Virus record (IMG/VR): IMGVR_UViG_3300009156_000038 | Strand: one strand, 5' to 3' | From: a virus | DNA: 53,156 nucleotides | In this document: one piece after another, positions 40,894 through 49,777 of the stretch | Numbering within the stretch: the stretch's first letter is position 1 | How the letters are laid out: each line of letters starts with the position of its first letter | Program-made: the position numbers and the translations under genes | Notes under the pieces: generated by a model | Told to the model about the DNA's origin: nothing | Database searches by the model: none | Seen by the model: only the letters and a program-made list of their open reading frames with translations

Positions 40894-41955
40894 ATGAACA
40901 AGAGCTCCGAGAACAAGATCAACCACGTCATTATCGAGCTGGACTCCAGTGGTTCCATGAGGGGCCTGGAGAAAGCCGTTATCGAGGTGGCCGACCGGCT
41001 CATCCGTGACCTGGCTGCCCAGTCCAAGCAGTTCGACCAGGAAACCCGGATCACGATCTACAGCTTCGACACGGTCACGAAGTGCCTGATCTGGGACATG
41101 GACGCGCTCCGGGTACCGTCGATCGCCAGCCTGTATAGGGTCAATCCCCACGGCATGACGGCCCTGATCGACGCGACGCTGATCGCGATCGCGGAAATGC
41201 AGCAAGTCACTCAGATCCATGGCGACCACAGCTTCCTGTTGTACAACCTCACTGACGGCGTGGAGAACAAGAGCCACTATCGCGCGGACGTACTGAACCG
41301 GAAGATCGCGGGACTACCGGACAACTGGACTCTGGGGGCCCTGGTCCCCGACTTCCAGGGCGTCGCCAGCGCCAAGGCGTTCGGGTTCCCGCCAGGCAAC
41401 GTGATGACCTGGGACGCCACGTCGGCCCGCGGCGTGGAGGAGGTTGGGGTCGCGATGGCTTCGTCCACGCAGACCTTCATGGCGACCCGGGCCACCACCG
41501 GCGCCCGGTCCACGACGAACCTGTTCGGCGGCTCGGCCACGGTGAACGCGGCGACGGTGGCCGCCGCGAAGCTGGCGCCGGTGAATCCGAAGACCTACCA
41601 GATGATCCCGGTGATCCCGACGGACGCGGTCAAGAACGACAAGGGGCACATCGAGATCGCGCCTTACGTCCGTTCGGTGAACAACGGGCTCTACCGGGCG
41701 GGTAGCGTCTACTACCCTGTCGTCCAGGGGATCCACCGCAACCCGCGGATCGACCCGCAGAAAGAGATCGCGATCTGGCACAAGAAGGACCGCATGCTCT
41801 ACATGGGTCCCGGCATCCGTACGATGCTCGGCATCAAGGAGAACGCCACGGTCACCGTGAAGCCGGACACCAACGAGGACTACATCGTCTACGTGCAGTC
41901 GACGAGTCCGAACCGGTACCTGACCCCGCACAGCGAGATCCTGATGTTCAAGTAG
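40894..41955 (+). CDS. von Willebrand factor A (vWA) domain protein (353 aa)
   Basis: MIDAS motif in VIIELDSSGSMRG. N-terminal ~190-aa vWA-like region followed by an uncharacterised C-terminal domain. Confidence 0.8.
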   Translation: MNKSSENKINHVIIELDSSGSMRGLEKAVIEVADRLIRDLAAQSKQFDQETRITIYSFDTVTKCLIWDMDALRVPSIASLYRVNPHGMTALIDATLIAIAEMQQVTQIHGDHSFLLYNLTDGVENKSHYRADVLNRKIAGLPDNWTLGALVPDFQGVASAKAFGFPPGNVMTWDATSARGVEEVGVAMASSTQTFMATRATTGARSTTNLFGGSATVNAATVAAAKLAPVNPKTYQMIPVIPTDAVKNDKGHIEIAPYVRSVNNGLYRAGSVYYPVVQGIHRNPRIDPQKEIAIWHKKDRMLYMGPGIRTMLGIKENATVTVKPDTNEDYIVYVQSTSPNRYLTPHSEILMFK

Positions 41956-41963
41956 GAGTAGAA

Positions 41964-42224
41964 GTGCGGATCACCAGCTACCAGCGGCGACTGAACTCAG
42001 GACTGAAGGCGCAGCAGCGTCACGCGGTACCGGAGGTCACCGACGGACCGTTCCAGTGGTGGTCGGTACAGCCCTATTCACCTCGAATGCTGGCCGCGCA
42101 GCGACGCAGGGAACGGCGGCATATGCGCCTGGTGGCACGAGGGAAGCGTTCGCCGGGTAAGCCGTGCATTGCGGTGCCGTGCCCTGAGTTCCAGGACGTC
42201 GAAATATACGTGTTCAAGTACTAG
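41964..42224 (+). CDS. Basic hypothetical protein (86 aa)
   Basis: ORF track. RBS AGGAG upstream of GTG 41964. Confidence 0.6.
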   Translation: MRITSYQRRLNSGLKAQQRHAVPEVTDGPFQWWSVQPYSPRMLAAQRRRERRHMRLVARGKRSPGKPCIAVPCPEFQDVEIYVFKY

Positions 42225-42230
42225 TACCAG

Positions 42231-42266
42231 CCCCACCAGGGTCCGTCTGCACCTGGTGGGGTTTTT
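42231..42266 (+). terminator. Rho-independent terminator
   Basis: 10-bp stem ccccaccagg/cctggtgggg, 11-nt loop, TTTTT tail. The stem is nearly identical to the 40806 terminator. Confidence 0.8.
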
Positions 42267-42285
42267 CTGTGCTAGAGTCACGTTT

Positions 42286-42519
42286 GTGACCGAAGCTGTC
42301 GAGACGAATGAGCCGCGGTACACCCTGGAGGAAGCCCGCAAGCTCCTGCATGACCAGTTGTGCGTGTACGGCAACTACACCCTGTTCTCCGTGCCGGGCC
42401 TGCCACTGGCGTCCAGCTACCTGAAGTGCCTGCAGTGCGGTTCCTTGTGGCTGATGAGCCGCGTCGAGGAGCTGCCACACCCGGAGCAGACCTATGCCGT
42501 CCGATCACTCCGCTTTTGA
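42286..42519 (+). CDS. Hypothetical protein (77 aa), possibly leaderless
   Basis: Frame of ORF 42169..42519. GTG 42286 lies 7 nt after a TAGAGT -10-like hexamer (42273-42278). No SD. Confidence 0.5.
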   Translation: MTEAVETNEPRYTLEEARKLLHDQLCVYGNYTLFSVPGLPLASSYLKCLQCGSLWLMSRVEELPHPEQTYAVRSLRF

Positions 42520-42748
42520 TCCCGAGCTAGCCGCCCTGATGCCGGAGCCGTTCCTGACGGTGCGTCCGGGGGACCAGGTGACGCTGTTCGTGCCGCTACT
42601 GGATCGTACTTACGCCATGGACCCGGCAATGCACCTTCAGAAAGCCCTGAACGCCTGGACACCTGGCGTGACGTGGGCGATCGTCGAGGGGACCGGGGTC
42701 ACCGGGGTCATTCACGTGGCCCGGGAGGATCGAACTCCCCGTTCTTGA
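42494..42748 (+). CDS. Hypothetical protein (84 aa)
   Basis: ORF track. Its 3' end converges on and overlaps the - strand DUF397 gene. Confidence 0.55.
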   Translation: MPSDHSAFDPELAALMPEPFLTVRPGDQVTLFVPLLDRTYAMDPAMHLQKALNAWTPGVTWAIVEGTGVTGVIHVAREDRTPRS

Positions 42749-42899
42749 CCCCCGCGATGAAGGCGTCCCACTCCGGCCGGGCCAGGATCACTGATCCTTG
42801 TCCCCGTTCGCTGCTGCGGACCCAGACCGCTTCACGCTGGAAGCTGACTTCCACGCAGGCGGTGGCTTCGCAGAAGCTGCTGCGGACCCATTCGATCAT
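42708..42899 (-). CDS. DUF397 (BldB-family-like) small protein (63 aa), second copy
   Basis: MIEWVRSSFCEATACVEV...VRSSERGQGSVILARPEWDAFIAGVKNGEFD. ATG 42899 overlaps the dcd stop (ATGA). Confidence 0.8.
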   Translation of the reverse strand: MIEWVRSSFCEATACVEVSFQREAVWVRSSERGQGSVILARPEWDAFIAGVKNGEFDPPGPRE

Positions 42900-43375
42900 G
42901 GCTTCTCCAGGTAGCTGCGTGTGGTGCCGGTCTGGTGCTGGTAGTGGCTGCCCAGTTCCGGGTGCCCGTAGGGGCGCAGGACCACACCCTGCACCCACTG
43001 AAACACCAGCTGGCAGATGGGGATCCCGGCATCCAGGGTGAGTCGGTTCGGTCCCAGGTTCTTCAGCTCCAGGGTGATCTGGCCGGAGAAGCCGGGGTCC
43101 ACGAACCCGGCTGTCGTGTGCACAAGGAGTCCCAGCCGTGCCCAGGAAGATTTCCCGTTGACCTGGGCCACCAGATGATCCGGGATGGTTACCGTCTCCA
43201 GGGTGTGCCCGAGCTGGAAGCTGGGGAGAGCGCCCCCTTCGGATGATAGGACCCTGGTCTCGGCGAGCCGCAGCTCCAGGGAGGCTGGTTGGAACGCCTG
43301 GTCCGGCGGCGTCGGGTCCACCTGCAGCGAGCCGGTTTCCAGGTGCCACCGGATCGAGTTGTCACTGAGGATCAT
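42896..43375 (-). CDS. dcd: dCTP deaminase / dUTPase-superfamily enzyme (159 aa)
   Basis: MILSDNSIRWHLETG...SLELRL...GKSSWARLGLLVHTTAGFVDPGFSGQITLEL.N is the typical Dcd signature. Confidence 0.85.
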   Translation of the reverse strand: MILSDNSIRWHLETGSLQVDPTPPDQAFQPASLELRLAETRVLSSEGGALPSFQLGHTLETVTIPDHLVAQVNGKSSWARLGLLVHTTAGFVDPGFSGQITLELKNLGPNRLTLDAGIPICQLVFQWVQGVVLRPYGHPELGSHYQHQTGTTRSYLEKP

Positions 43376-45996
43376 GAGGTTCCTCCACCCATCGCTCCTA
43401 TCAACCAGTTACTACCGGTCCACTTCCATCCCGGCACCCAGGTCACGCTGTTACTGCGCGGCAGTGCTGCCAGCCCGAGCCGACTTCGCAACCGGGCCTG
43501 GAACCGGCGGGGACCGACAACGGATTTGATCTTGTTCTCATCGCACCAGTGGTTGTAGGCCCGATACAGGATCTTGGCGTCGATCTTGGACTCGGAATCC
43601 TCGCCCAGCGTACCCAGCTCCAAGTTCTCATCCCAGAACTGCGACACCGGATCCACCTCGCGGCGGTAAGCTTCCGCACTCTCGGCCACCTGCTCCGGCT
43701 CGGCCAGGCCGCCCAGCTCCTGGAACTCCTTCAAGCCTTCCAGGGCCCAGTTCAGGATCCCCGGCGCCTCCTCCGCGAAGAGCAGGGCCGCATAGTCGGG
43801 CACCTCCTTCAAGGTGCCTTCGCCGCCCTTGGCCGAGAACTGGGTCGGGAAGTGAGCCAGCTTCACCCGGTCCCAGACGGCCGTATCGTCCGGCGACAAC
43901 ATCGGCTTGTTGTTGGTGACGATCCAGACGACACACTGGGGCTTCCAGTTCTCGTCCTTGCGGTACAAGGCCCGCGTGGACACCGAGTCGGTGCCGGTGA
44001 ACCTCTTCAGCGCGGTCTCGTCGAGCACGGCGTCCTCGTCGGTCTCCGAGATCGAGACGAACCTCTTGCCCTTGAGGCTGTGCTGCCCCGGGGTGGCCGC
44101 GTCGCCGCGCTTGTCCACCTTGTGGAACGTCCCCGCCATCGCGGTGTACCCGTAGTCCCCGAACAGGGCCTGCATCAGCTCGATGAACTGGGACTTGCCG
44201 GTACGCTTCAATCCCCACAGGATCATCATGGCCCGCTGGTTTGGCTTGCCGGTCAAGCTGTAGCCGACGGCCCGCTGCAGGAACCTGCGCATCTGCGGGT
44301 CCGGGACCACGGTCTCCATGAATTCCCGGAACTTGGGCGCCTGGGCGTCGGGGTCGTAATGCGTACCGAACATGTTGGTGAACATCATCGACCGCTGATG
44401 GGGGCCCAGCTCCATGGTCTTCAGGTCGAAGATCCCGTTGGGCAGGTTCAGGTAACCCAGGGTCTGGTCGAACTGCTCCGGGGTGGCGATCATGTCGGTT
44501 CGCTTGGCGAACTGGGACAAGGTACCGTTCATGACCCCGTTCATCTGGGACGTCTGGAACCACTTGTACAGGGACTTCGCAGCCTTCAGGTCGTCGCCTT
44601 CCGGCTGGGCCGCCAGCAACTGATCGGCCTCGTCCTTGATCGCATAGGTCATCTGGACGTTGGCGTCATTGACGCGGCCTTCCCCGTGATCCTCGCGCCA
44701 CCTGGCACCGTCCCAGGCCATCCAGTGCGGATCGCCTTTCACGGGCACGAACCGGAAGTCCCTGCCGAACATGTCGGCCATACGTTCCGCGTTGCCCACC
44801 GAAGTCTGACAGTATCCCCGGCGCCGTGGTGGCGCCGTGGTCCCCTGGGTCCCGGCATCGAAGGCGGCCTTCACCTCGGCGACCGGCTCATCGGGTTCGT
44901 GGCCGGAAAACGTCGGCACGAAGTTGCCGAACTCCTGCCGCCGCATCGGCATCGGCTCGCCGTACCCCTGAGCGGCCAGGGCCTTGGTCGAGGCCCGGTA
45001 GTCCCCGTTGTATTCCAGCTCCGTGAAGGCCGCGAACTTGCTGATGGGCTCCTCGGTGGGGAACACGGTGGCCGAGGACCAGACGTAGAGCCGGTCGTTG
45101 CCGTCGGCGTTCGTGGAGGCCGAGTGGCCGTCTCGCCGGTCCTTGCCGGGACGGACCCAGAAGACCTCCTGGCCCACCTGGTGACTGACCTCCCAGCCGT
45201 GGGCGCCGATGATGTCGGTCCAGCGGGCTCGGATGTTGTAGTCGTCGCCGACCCGCAGCGCCGAACCTACCATGGGAACTTGTGGCTTGGGGGCCGGGAT
45301 GGGGGCGCTCTCCCGCGGTCTCGGTACGTCGAAGGCACCCAGTGCGGCGACGAGAGCTTCCCGCTGCTCCCAGGTGATCGTCGGGACCTGGCCGTACTCG
45401 GAGAGATGGCCCCGGGTCCATGGGTTGCCGGTCGGGTGCACGGATCCCTGGGACGGGGCGACAACGACATATCCGCCTTCGCCGCGGGTCTCGATCAGGG
45501 TCTCCATGATGACAGCCCGCGGGGACCTGGCGATCACCTCGCGGTCCTTGCCGGTGTAGTGCGCGGGGTCCTTGGGCCGGGAGGCGATCTTCGTGTTGCC
45601 GGGGACCGGATGGTCGGCGATGCGGTACAGCAGGTGCAGGCCGCCGGACGGGGTCCACTCGGAGTAGCCGTCGAGCAGGGACTCCCACAGTTCCAGCAGG
45701 CCCAGGTCCTGCAGGTTCATCTCGATGTCCTGCATGAACCCGGAGTCGTTGGCGACCCGGCCCTCCAGCTCCAGCATCTCCAGGTTCCCGGATATCTGGC
45801 CGCAGAGGACGCCGACACCGGACTGGGTGTAGCGGTCGTACCATTCGGACATCTGGGCACTACTGGGACGTTCGGACTGGTACGCCTTCCATTCGGCCAG
45901 AGGGGCCTTTGTGCCATCCTGCTTCGGCGGGATCACGCAGAATCCGGCTGCGTACCAGGCCAAAGCGGCTGCGCGAACTTCCGGGTGGGTTTTCAC
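43372..45996 (-). CDS. Bifunctional primase-polymerase / D5-like SF3 helicase (874 aa)
   Basis: N-terminal prim-pol-like AAGFCVIPPKQDGTKAPL...W. C-terminal P-loop WGLKRTGKSQF typical of P4/D5 primase-helicases. Confidence 0.85.
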   Translation of the reverse strand: MKTHPEVRAAALAWYAAGFCVIPPKQDGTKAPLAEWKAYQSERPSSAQMSEWYDRYTQSGVGVLCGQISGNLEMLELEGRVANDSGFMQDIEMNLQDLGLLELWESLLDGYSEWTPSGGLHLLYRIADHPVPGNTKIASRPKDPAHYTGKDREVIARSPRAVIMETLIETRGEGGYVVVAPSQGSVHPTGNPWTRGHLSEYGQVPTITWEQREALVAALGAFDVPRPRESAPIPAPKPQVPMVGSALRVGDDYNIRARWTDIIGAHGWEVSHQVGQEVFWVRPGKDRRDGHSASTNADGNDRLYVWSSATVFPTEEPISKFAAFTELEYNGDYRASTKALAAQGYGEPMPMRRQEFGNFVPTFSGHEPDEPVAEVKAAFDAGTQGTTAPPRRRGYCQTSVGNAERMADMFGRDFRFVPVKGDPHWMAWDGARWREDHGEGRVNDANVQMTYAIKDEADQLLAAQPEGDDLKAAKSLYKWFQTSQMNGVMNGTLSQFAKRTDMIATPEQFDQTLGYLNLPNGIFDLKTMELGPHQRSMMFTNMFGTHYDPDAQAPKFREFMETVVPDPQMRRFLQRAVGYSLTGKPNQRAMMILWGLKRTGKSQFIELMQALFGDYGYTAMAGTFHKVDKRGDAATPGQHSLKGKRFVSISETDEDAVLDETALKRFTGTDSVSTRALYRKDENWKPQCVVWIVTNNKPMLSPDDTAVWDRVKLAHFPTQFSAKGGEGTLKEVPDYAALLFAEEAPGILNWALEGLKEFQELGGLAEPEQVAESAEAYRREVDPVSQFWDENLELGTLGEDSESKIDAKILYRAYNHWCDENKIKSVVGPRRFQARLRSRLGLAALPRSNSVTWVPGWKWTGSNWLIGAMGGGTS

Positions 45997-46234
45997 CGGG
46001 GCCGCCCCGTCACGATCGATTTGTGCGACATGACTTGATGTTCTAGTCTCATTCAGAGTCCTCTCTGTCTTCTTACAACAGGGAGAAGGACTTCATGGGT
46101 CCGGTGGTTCGGCAAAAACCCCGGGCCCAAACTTCCATCTCGGGCGGTTACACCACCTTAGCCCCCCGCGATCCCTGGCGCCAGCGCGACCCCCGCGGTA
46201 CGCTGAAACCACTTCTTCTCGCACTTCCTCCCAT

Positions 46235-46273
46235 ACGAAGGCCACCCGGCACTTGTCGCCAGGTGGCCTTCGT
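46235..46273 (-). terminator. Long hairpin downstream of the P/Q-rich gene
   Basis: 12-bp stem acgaaggccacc/ggtggccttcgt with a 15-nt loop, 12 nt after the stop. No clear T-run. Confidence 0.45.
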
Positions 46274-46284
46274 GCTGGTCAGGA

Positions 46285-47169
46285 TCAGTACGGCGGGTAC
46301 TGTGACTGCGGCTGGCCGTGGTGGTTCACCGGCGGACCCTGCGGGGGTGCCGACTGTGCCGCCGCCTCGTAGAACGATCCCGGCTGCTGCGGGGGCGGCG
46401 GGGGTGGACCCTGCTGCTGGTAGTACCCGGGCGGCGGCGTGGCCGTGTTCCAGGGCGACGGCTGCTGCGGCGGCGGGGCCGGTGGCTGCCACTGCTGCGG
46501 TGGTGCCTGGGGCGGGTAGCCCTGAGGTTGGGCCGGTGGGTACGCCTGGGGGCTCTGCCACCCCTGCTGCTGGGGCGGGGGCGCCCCGTAGCCCGGCTGG
46601 GCTGGCGGATACTGCTGGGGCGGGTAACCGTAGCCCTGTTGCGGCGGATACTGCGGCGCCGGTGGGGTGGCCGGGGCCTGGTAGGGGGCCGGGGCCGGGA
46701 TCTGCATGAACTCCGGGTGGGCGGTGAGGAAGTTGTTGGCCGCGGCATTGGCGGCCGGGTTCGCGGACATGTCGATGATGTCGTACGGGTTCGTCTTGTC
46801 CGGGTTGCCGTAGGCGTCGACCGGGGTCGGCTTCTGTCGCCACATGAGCAGCTTGGTTTCGCCGACGGACCGCTTCAGGGCGCCGATCAGGGTGCCCGTG
46901 TGGATCATGGCCTCCGGATAGATCTTGCCCAGGCTGCCATCCTGATTCTGCCAGTTGAGGTCGACGACGGAGACCTGCAGCGCGTTGTTGAGCATGGGCT
47001 CCTTGCCCGGCCTACGCTGCCAGCCGTCGGGGCAGTGTTTGGTCACCACCCCCTTGGCCTCGGCGTGGATCCGCAGGAGCAGCAGGTGTCCCTGCTGTTT
47101 CATCGGATCGAAGTAGTCCTCGGGGCTCTGGGAGCCCTGAGTGTTCACTGGGGTCCAGGGACTCGTCAT
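46285..47169 (-). CDS. Protein with a globular N-domain and a ~140-aa P/Q/Y-rich low-complexity tail (294 aa)
   Basis: ATG 47169 (RBS GGAGAAGGA) overlaps the exonuclease stop (ATGA). The tail consists of YPPQQ / PPAQP-type repeats. Confidence 0.75.
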   Translation of the reverse strand: MTSPWTPVNTQGSQSPEDYFDPMKQQGHLLLLRIHAEAKGVVTKHCPDGWQRRPGKEPMLNNALQVSVVDLNWQNQDGSLGKIYPEAMIHTGTLIGALKRSVGETKLLMWRQKPTPVDAYGNPDKTNPYDIIDMSANPAANAAANNFLTAHPEFMQIPAPAPYQAPATPPAPQYPPQQGYGYPPQQYPPAQPGYGAPPPQQQGWQSPQAYPPAQPQGYPPQAPPQQWQPPAPPPQQPSPWNTATPPPGYYQQQGPPPPPPQQPGSFYEAAAQSAPPQGPPVNHHGQPQSQYPPY

Positions 47170-48137
47170 TCCTTCTCCTTCTTCCTTCCGCCCGGCTGGT
47201 ATCCGGGGCAGCCCTTGTCTGTGGCGCCCAGCTCCGCCGGTAGATACTTGTCGTACATGGGGCAGTAGGTGCACTCGTAACTGGGACTCGCGGGAACCTG
47301 GTTCCATTTGTTCGGGTTGTTCAGGATGTCCATGTTGCGTAGATCCGCGGCCAGCTGGTACGGCCGGGCGATGTACTGCTGGGCCAGGGCCTCATCGTAC
47401 GACTCCGCCCAGACGTACATGTCCCGCAGCCACCCCGACCGGGGCACGAAGGCCAGGCAGATGTAGCGGATCATCTTGCCCTTGTCCCGCAGGCCCTTGG
47501 CGTAGATCATCTGCTGCACCCGGTACTTCAGCGGCGGCCCCTGCTTGCGGACCTTGTCCATCACGTCCTTGCCCGCGGACTTCAGGTCCACCAGGACGTC
47601 GTCCCGGTTGAAGTCCGCCCGGCCCCGGATGTTCGGATCCGCCTGCACCCACTCCTCGATCGACCACCGCGGGGCGTGCGGATGAGCCGACTGGTACGCC
47701 TTCACCGCGTCCTCGACCCGGGAATGGATCGCCGACCCCACGAACCCGGGCCACGGGTCCGTCATGTCGTGCCCCAGGTCGTCGCGGGTCAACCCCATCA
47801 CCCGGTACGCGAGTCGCCGGTCGCAGTCCACGCCCAGCTCCGACGGGCCGATGTTGACCTGGCGGCTGCGGGGCGCGTTGTGCTCGGACCAGAGAAGCAT
47901 CGTGGTGAACTCGGACTTGATGGCCGACGCCATCGCGGGTTCCGGCACCGCTCCGATCTTGGGGTCGAGGGGGGTGATGGGCCCTTCGAGCGGCGGCACC
48001 GTCGGCGGCGGAGGCATCAGTTCGATGTCCTGGGGCACTGGGTCGCAATTGGGATGGTTCAGCATGCCCAGGGCGGCCATGGTCGCGTTAAGAGGTTTGC
48101 CGCAGGTGTGGCAGTCGCGCCCGATCACCTCCGGCAT
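47166..48137 (-). CDS. PD-(D/E)XK exonuclease, RecB/Cas4-like (323 aa)
   Basis: RADFNRDDVLVDLKS (D..DxK), QQMIYAKG (QxxxY), an N-terminal Cys pair and a C-terminal CTYC...C cluster. Confidence 0.75.
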   Translation of the reverse strand: MPEVIGRDCHTCGKPLNATMAALGMLNHPNCDPVPQDIELMPPPPTVPPLEGPITPLDPKIGAVPEPAMASAIKSEFTTMLLWSEHNAPRSRQVNIGPSELGVDCDRRLAYRVMGLTRDDLGHDMTDPWPGFVGSAIHSRVEDAVKAYQSAHPHAPRWSIEEWVQADPNIRGRADFNRDDVLVDLKSAGKDVMDKVRKQGPPLKYRVQQMIYAKGLRDKGKMIRYICLAFVPRSGWLRDMYVWAESYDEALAQQYIARPYQLAADLRNMDILNNPNKWNQVPASPSYECTYCPMYDKYLPAELGATDKGCPGYQPGGRKKEKE

Positions 48138-48556
48138 GCGGCGGCCTCGTTCCGGGTGATCCATTCGCCGAAGGTGCCCAGCTCGATCGGCGCTATCCCG
48201 CGGTCGGAGAGACGTATCCGCAGGAACGGGGTGGACATGCCGAGCCGGGACGCCGCGATCCGCAACGGGACGATGTCGCCCCAGACCATCTGTTCCGACT
48301 GCAACCAGTCGTCGACGATGGTGAACCCTTCGTGCAGTTCGGCGACCTTGACCGCGGTCCGGAAGTGCACCCACTGCACCTGGCCGGTCTCCCAGCGACC
48401 CACTTGTGCTCCGTGGGATCCGAGGAGACCGGCCAGATAGTTGCGACTGATTCCGGTGGTTTTGCGCAATGTGCCCAGCCAGCCCCCCTTCACCAGGTCG
48501 GTGCCTTTGCGCACCTTCTCCTGGTCGGGCACAGGGTCCACTGGCTGCTGTTTCAT
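48125..48556 (-). CDS. HTH DNA-binding protein (143 aa)
   Basis: ORF track. WLGTLRKTTGISRNYLAGLLGSHGAQVGRWETG is an XRE-like HTH. RBS GGAGGT. Has its own promoter. Confidence 0.7.
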   Translation of the reverse strand: MKQQPVDPVPDQEKVRKGTDLVKGGWLGTLRKTTGISRNYLAGLLGSHGAQVGRWETGQVQWVHFRTAVKVAELHEGFTIVDDWLQSEQMVWGDIVPLRIAASRLGMSTPFLRIRLSDRGIAPIELGTFGEWITRNEAAACRR

Positions 48557-48574
48557 GCGTTACCTCCAGATCAA

Positions 48575-48603
48575 ATACTATCATCCGGAGGGGGGTGTGC
48601 CTA
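48575..48603 (-). promoter_or_regulatory. Sigma70-type promoter (- strand)
   Basis: On the - strand: TAGGCA, a 17-nt spacer cacccccctccggatga, then TAGTAT. RBS and ATG 48556 follow. Confidence 0.5.
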
Positions 48604-48813
48604 GTTCTGTCGCTCCTTTTGGAACGCCTGTTCCATCTTGATCAGGAGCTGGTACGGGGTGGGGCCACTGAGATCGTTGACGTAGGTACGCCGGACGTCG
48701 GCGAACACCTGACGGATGTGACCGTGTATCTTCTCCTCGGCATCGTAGAGGACCGCCAGGACATACAGTTTCGTCACGGCGGCGGCCATCCCCACGACCT
48801 GCTCATCCTCCAA
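48601..48813 (-). CDS. Hypothetical protein (70 aa)
   Basis: ORF track. Confidence 0.6.
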   Translation of the reverse strand: MEDEQVVGMAAAVTKLYVLAVLYDAEEKIHGHIRQVFADVRRTYVNDLSGPTPYQLLIKMEQAFQKERQN

Positions 48814-49105
48814 GCTCGGCCTCCATCTCCGCCACGTCGGCCTCGGACAACCACCGGTACCAGTACTTGTCGGGCCAGGAGTCGCGGGCGTGGGGACCGT
48901 GGAGGGTCAGCTCGGTGGAGTACATGTCCGGCAGCAGGTCCCAGACACCGGCGACCCCCACGGCGCCGGGACCCGACACGGCTTCCACGATTAGTAGGTA
49001 CTCGTCCCCGTTCTGGGTGGTGGACAGGATCCACAGGTCCTTGCGGGCCTCCAGTTCCTTGTCCTCCAGCCGCAGGGCGTGGGCGATCAGCTCCTCACGA
49101 CCCAT
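48803..49105 (-). CDS. Hypothetical protein (100 aa)
   Basis: ORF track. Confidence 0.65.
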   Translation of the reverse strand: MGREELIAHALRLEDKELEARKDLWILSTTQNGDEYLLIVEAVSGPGAVGVAGVWDLLPDMYSTELTLHGPHARDSWPDKYWYRWLSEADVAEMEAELGG

Positions 49106-49307
49106 CTTTCCTCAGCCTCTCATATGGGTGGTCTGTCACCTGAGCCCAGTTGATCTCGGCGTCGAAGGGATTCATGTTCATGTAGGGAAAATAGGGAGCG
49201 CCGTCACAATCCGTGCCCTCCCACCACATTTCCACCATTGGTGTCAATCGGGACGGGTGAAAGACGAGACGGACATGAACGGGGCCATCTGGTGCATCGC
49301 TACTCAT
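49095..49307 (-). CDS. Hypothetical protein (70 aa)
   Basis: ORF track. Confidence 0.6.
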   Translation of the reverse strand: MSSDAPDGPVHVRLVFHPSRLTPMVEMWWEGTDCDGAPYFPYMNMNPFDAEINWAQVTDHPYERLRKDGS

Positions 49308-49632
49308 CGGTCCCGATCACCTCCAGTGCCTGCCAGCACACGTCAGCCCGGCACCGGCGGATGTCCTCCGGGTAACTGTGCCCTGCGTAGCTGTGGACCA
49401 TCTCCGCCAGGTCCAGCGCCTCGGCCCGCAGCGCCTCGATCCTGGCCATGGCTCGGCCCAGCTTCTGCTCGCCCTCCAGCCACTGATTAACGGCTACGTC
49501 CCGCTGCCTCCATGCCTTATGGGCCAGATCCTCCCACTTCGCCCGATGGCTCTCCAGGACCCTGGCCGTGGCCGCGATGTCCTGCTCGATCCCCTGATAC
49601 GCGATCTCCGGGAATTCTGGATCATTGCTCAC
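49300..49632 (-). CDS. Hypothetical coiled-coil protein (110 aa)
   Basis: ORF track. GTG start at 49632. Confidence 0.65.
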   Translation of the reverse strand: MSNDPEFPEIAYQGIEQDIAATARVLESHRAKWEDLAHKAWRQRDVAVNQWLEGEQKLGRAMARIEALRAEALDLAEMVHSYAGHSYPEDIRRCRADVCWQALEVIGTDE

Positions 49633-49777
49633 CGTTGATCACCTTCAATGCCTCTAGACACTCAGGATCCGTGCAGAGATGCGGGCCGCCGGGAGTCCCG
49701 TGCACCTCATGGTGCAACCGGACCAGCAGGACTATGGCCAGCGTCAGAAGCGTGATCCGGCCCTCTGCGTCACTCAT
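49622..49777 (-). CDS. Small membrane protein (51 aa)
   Basis: In-frame ATG 49777 within ORF 49622..49963, overlapping the upstream stop. TM ITLLTLAIVLLVRL. Confidence 0.5.
   Translation of the reverse strand: MSDAEGRITLLTLAIVLLVRLHHEVHGTPGGPHLCTDPECLEALKVINGEQ

Noticed and set aside
46095-46284. Small ORFs in the 288-bp gap between the P/Q-rich gene and the primase operon, for example the 28-aa MGGSARRSG...
   Set aside because: The sequence is Arg/Gly-rich and non-protein-like. The gap is better explained by a large hairpin plus the promoter and leader of the primase operon.
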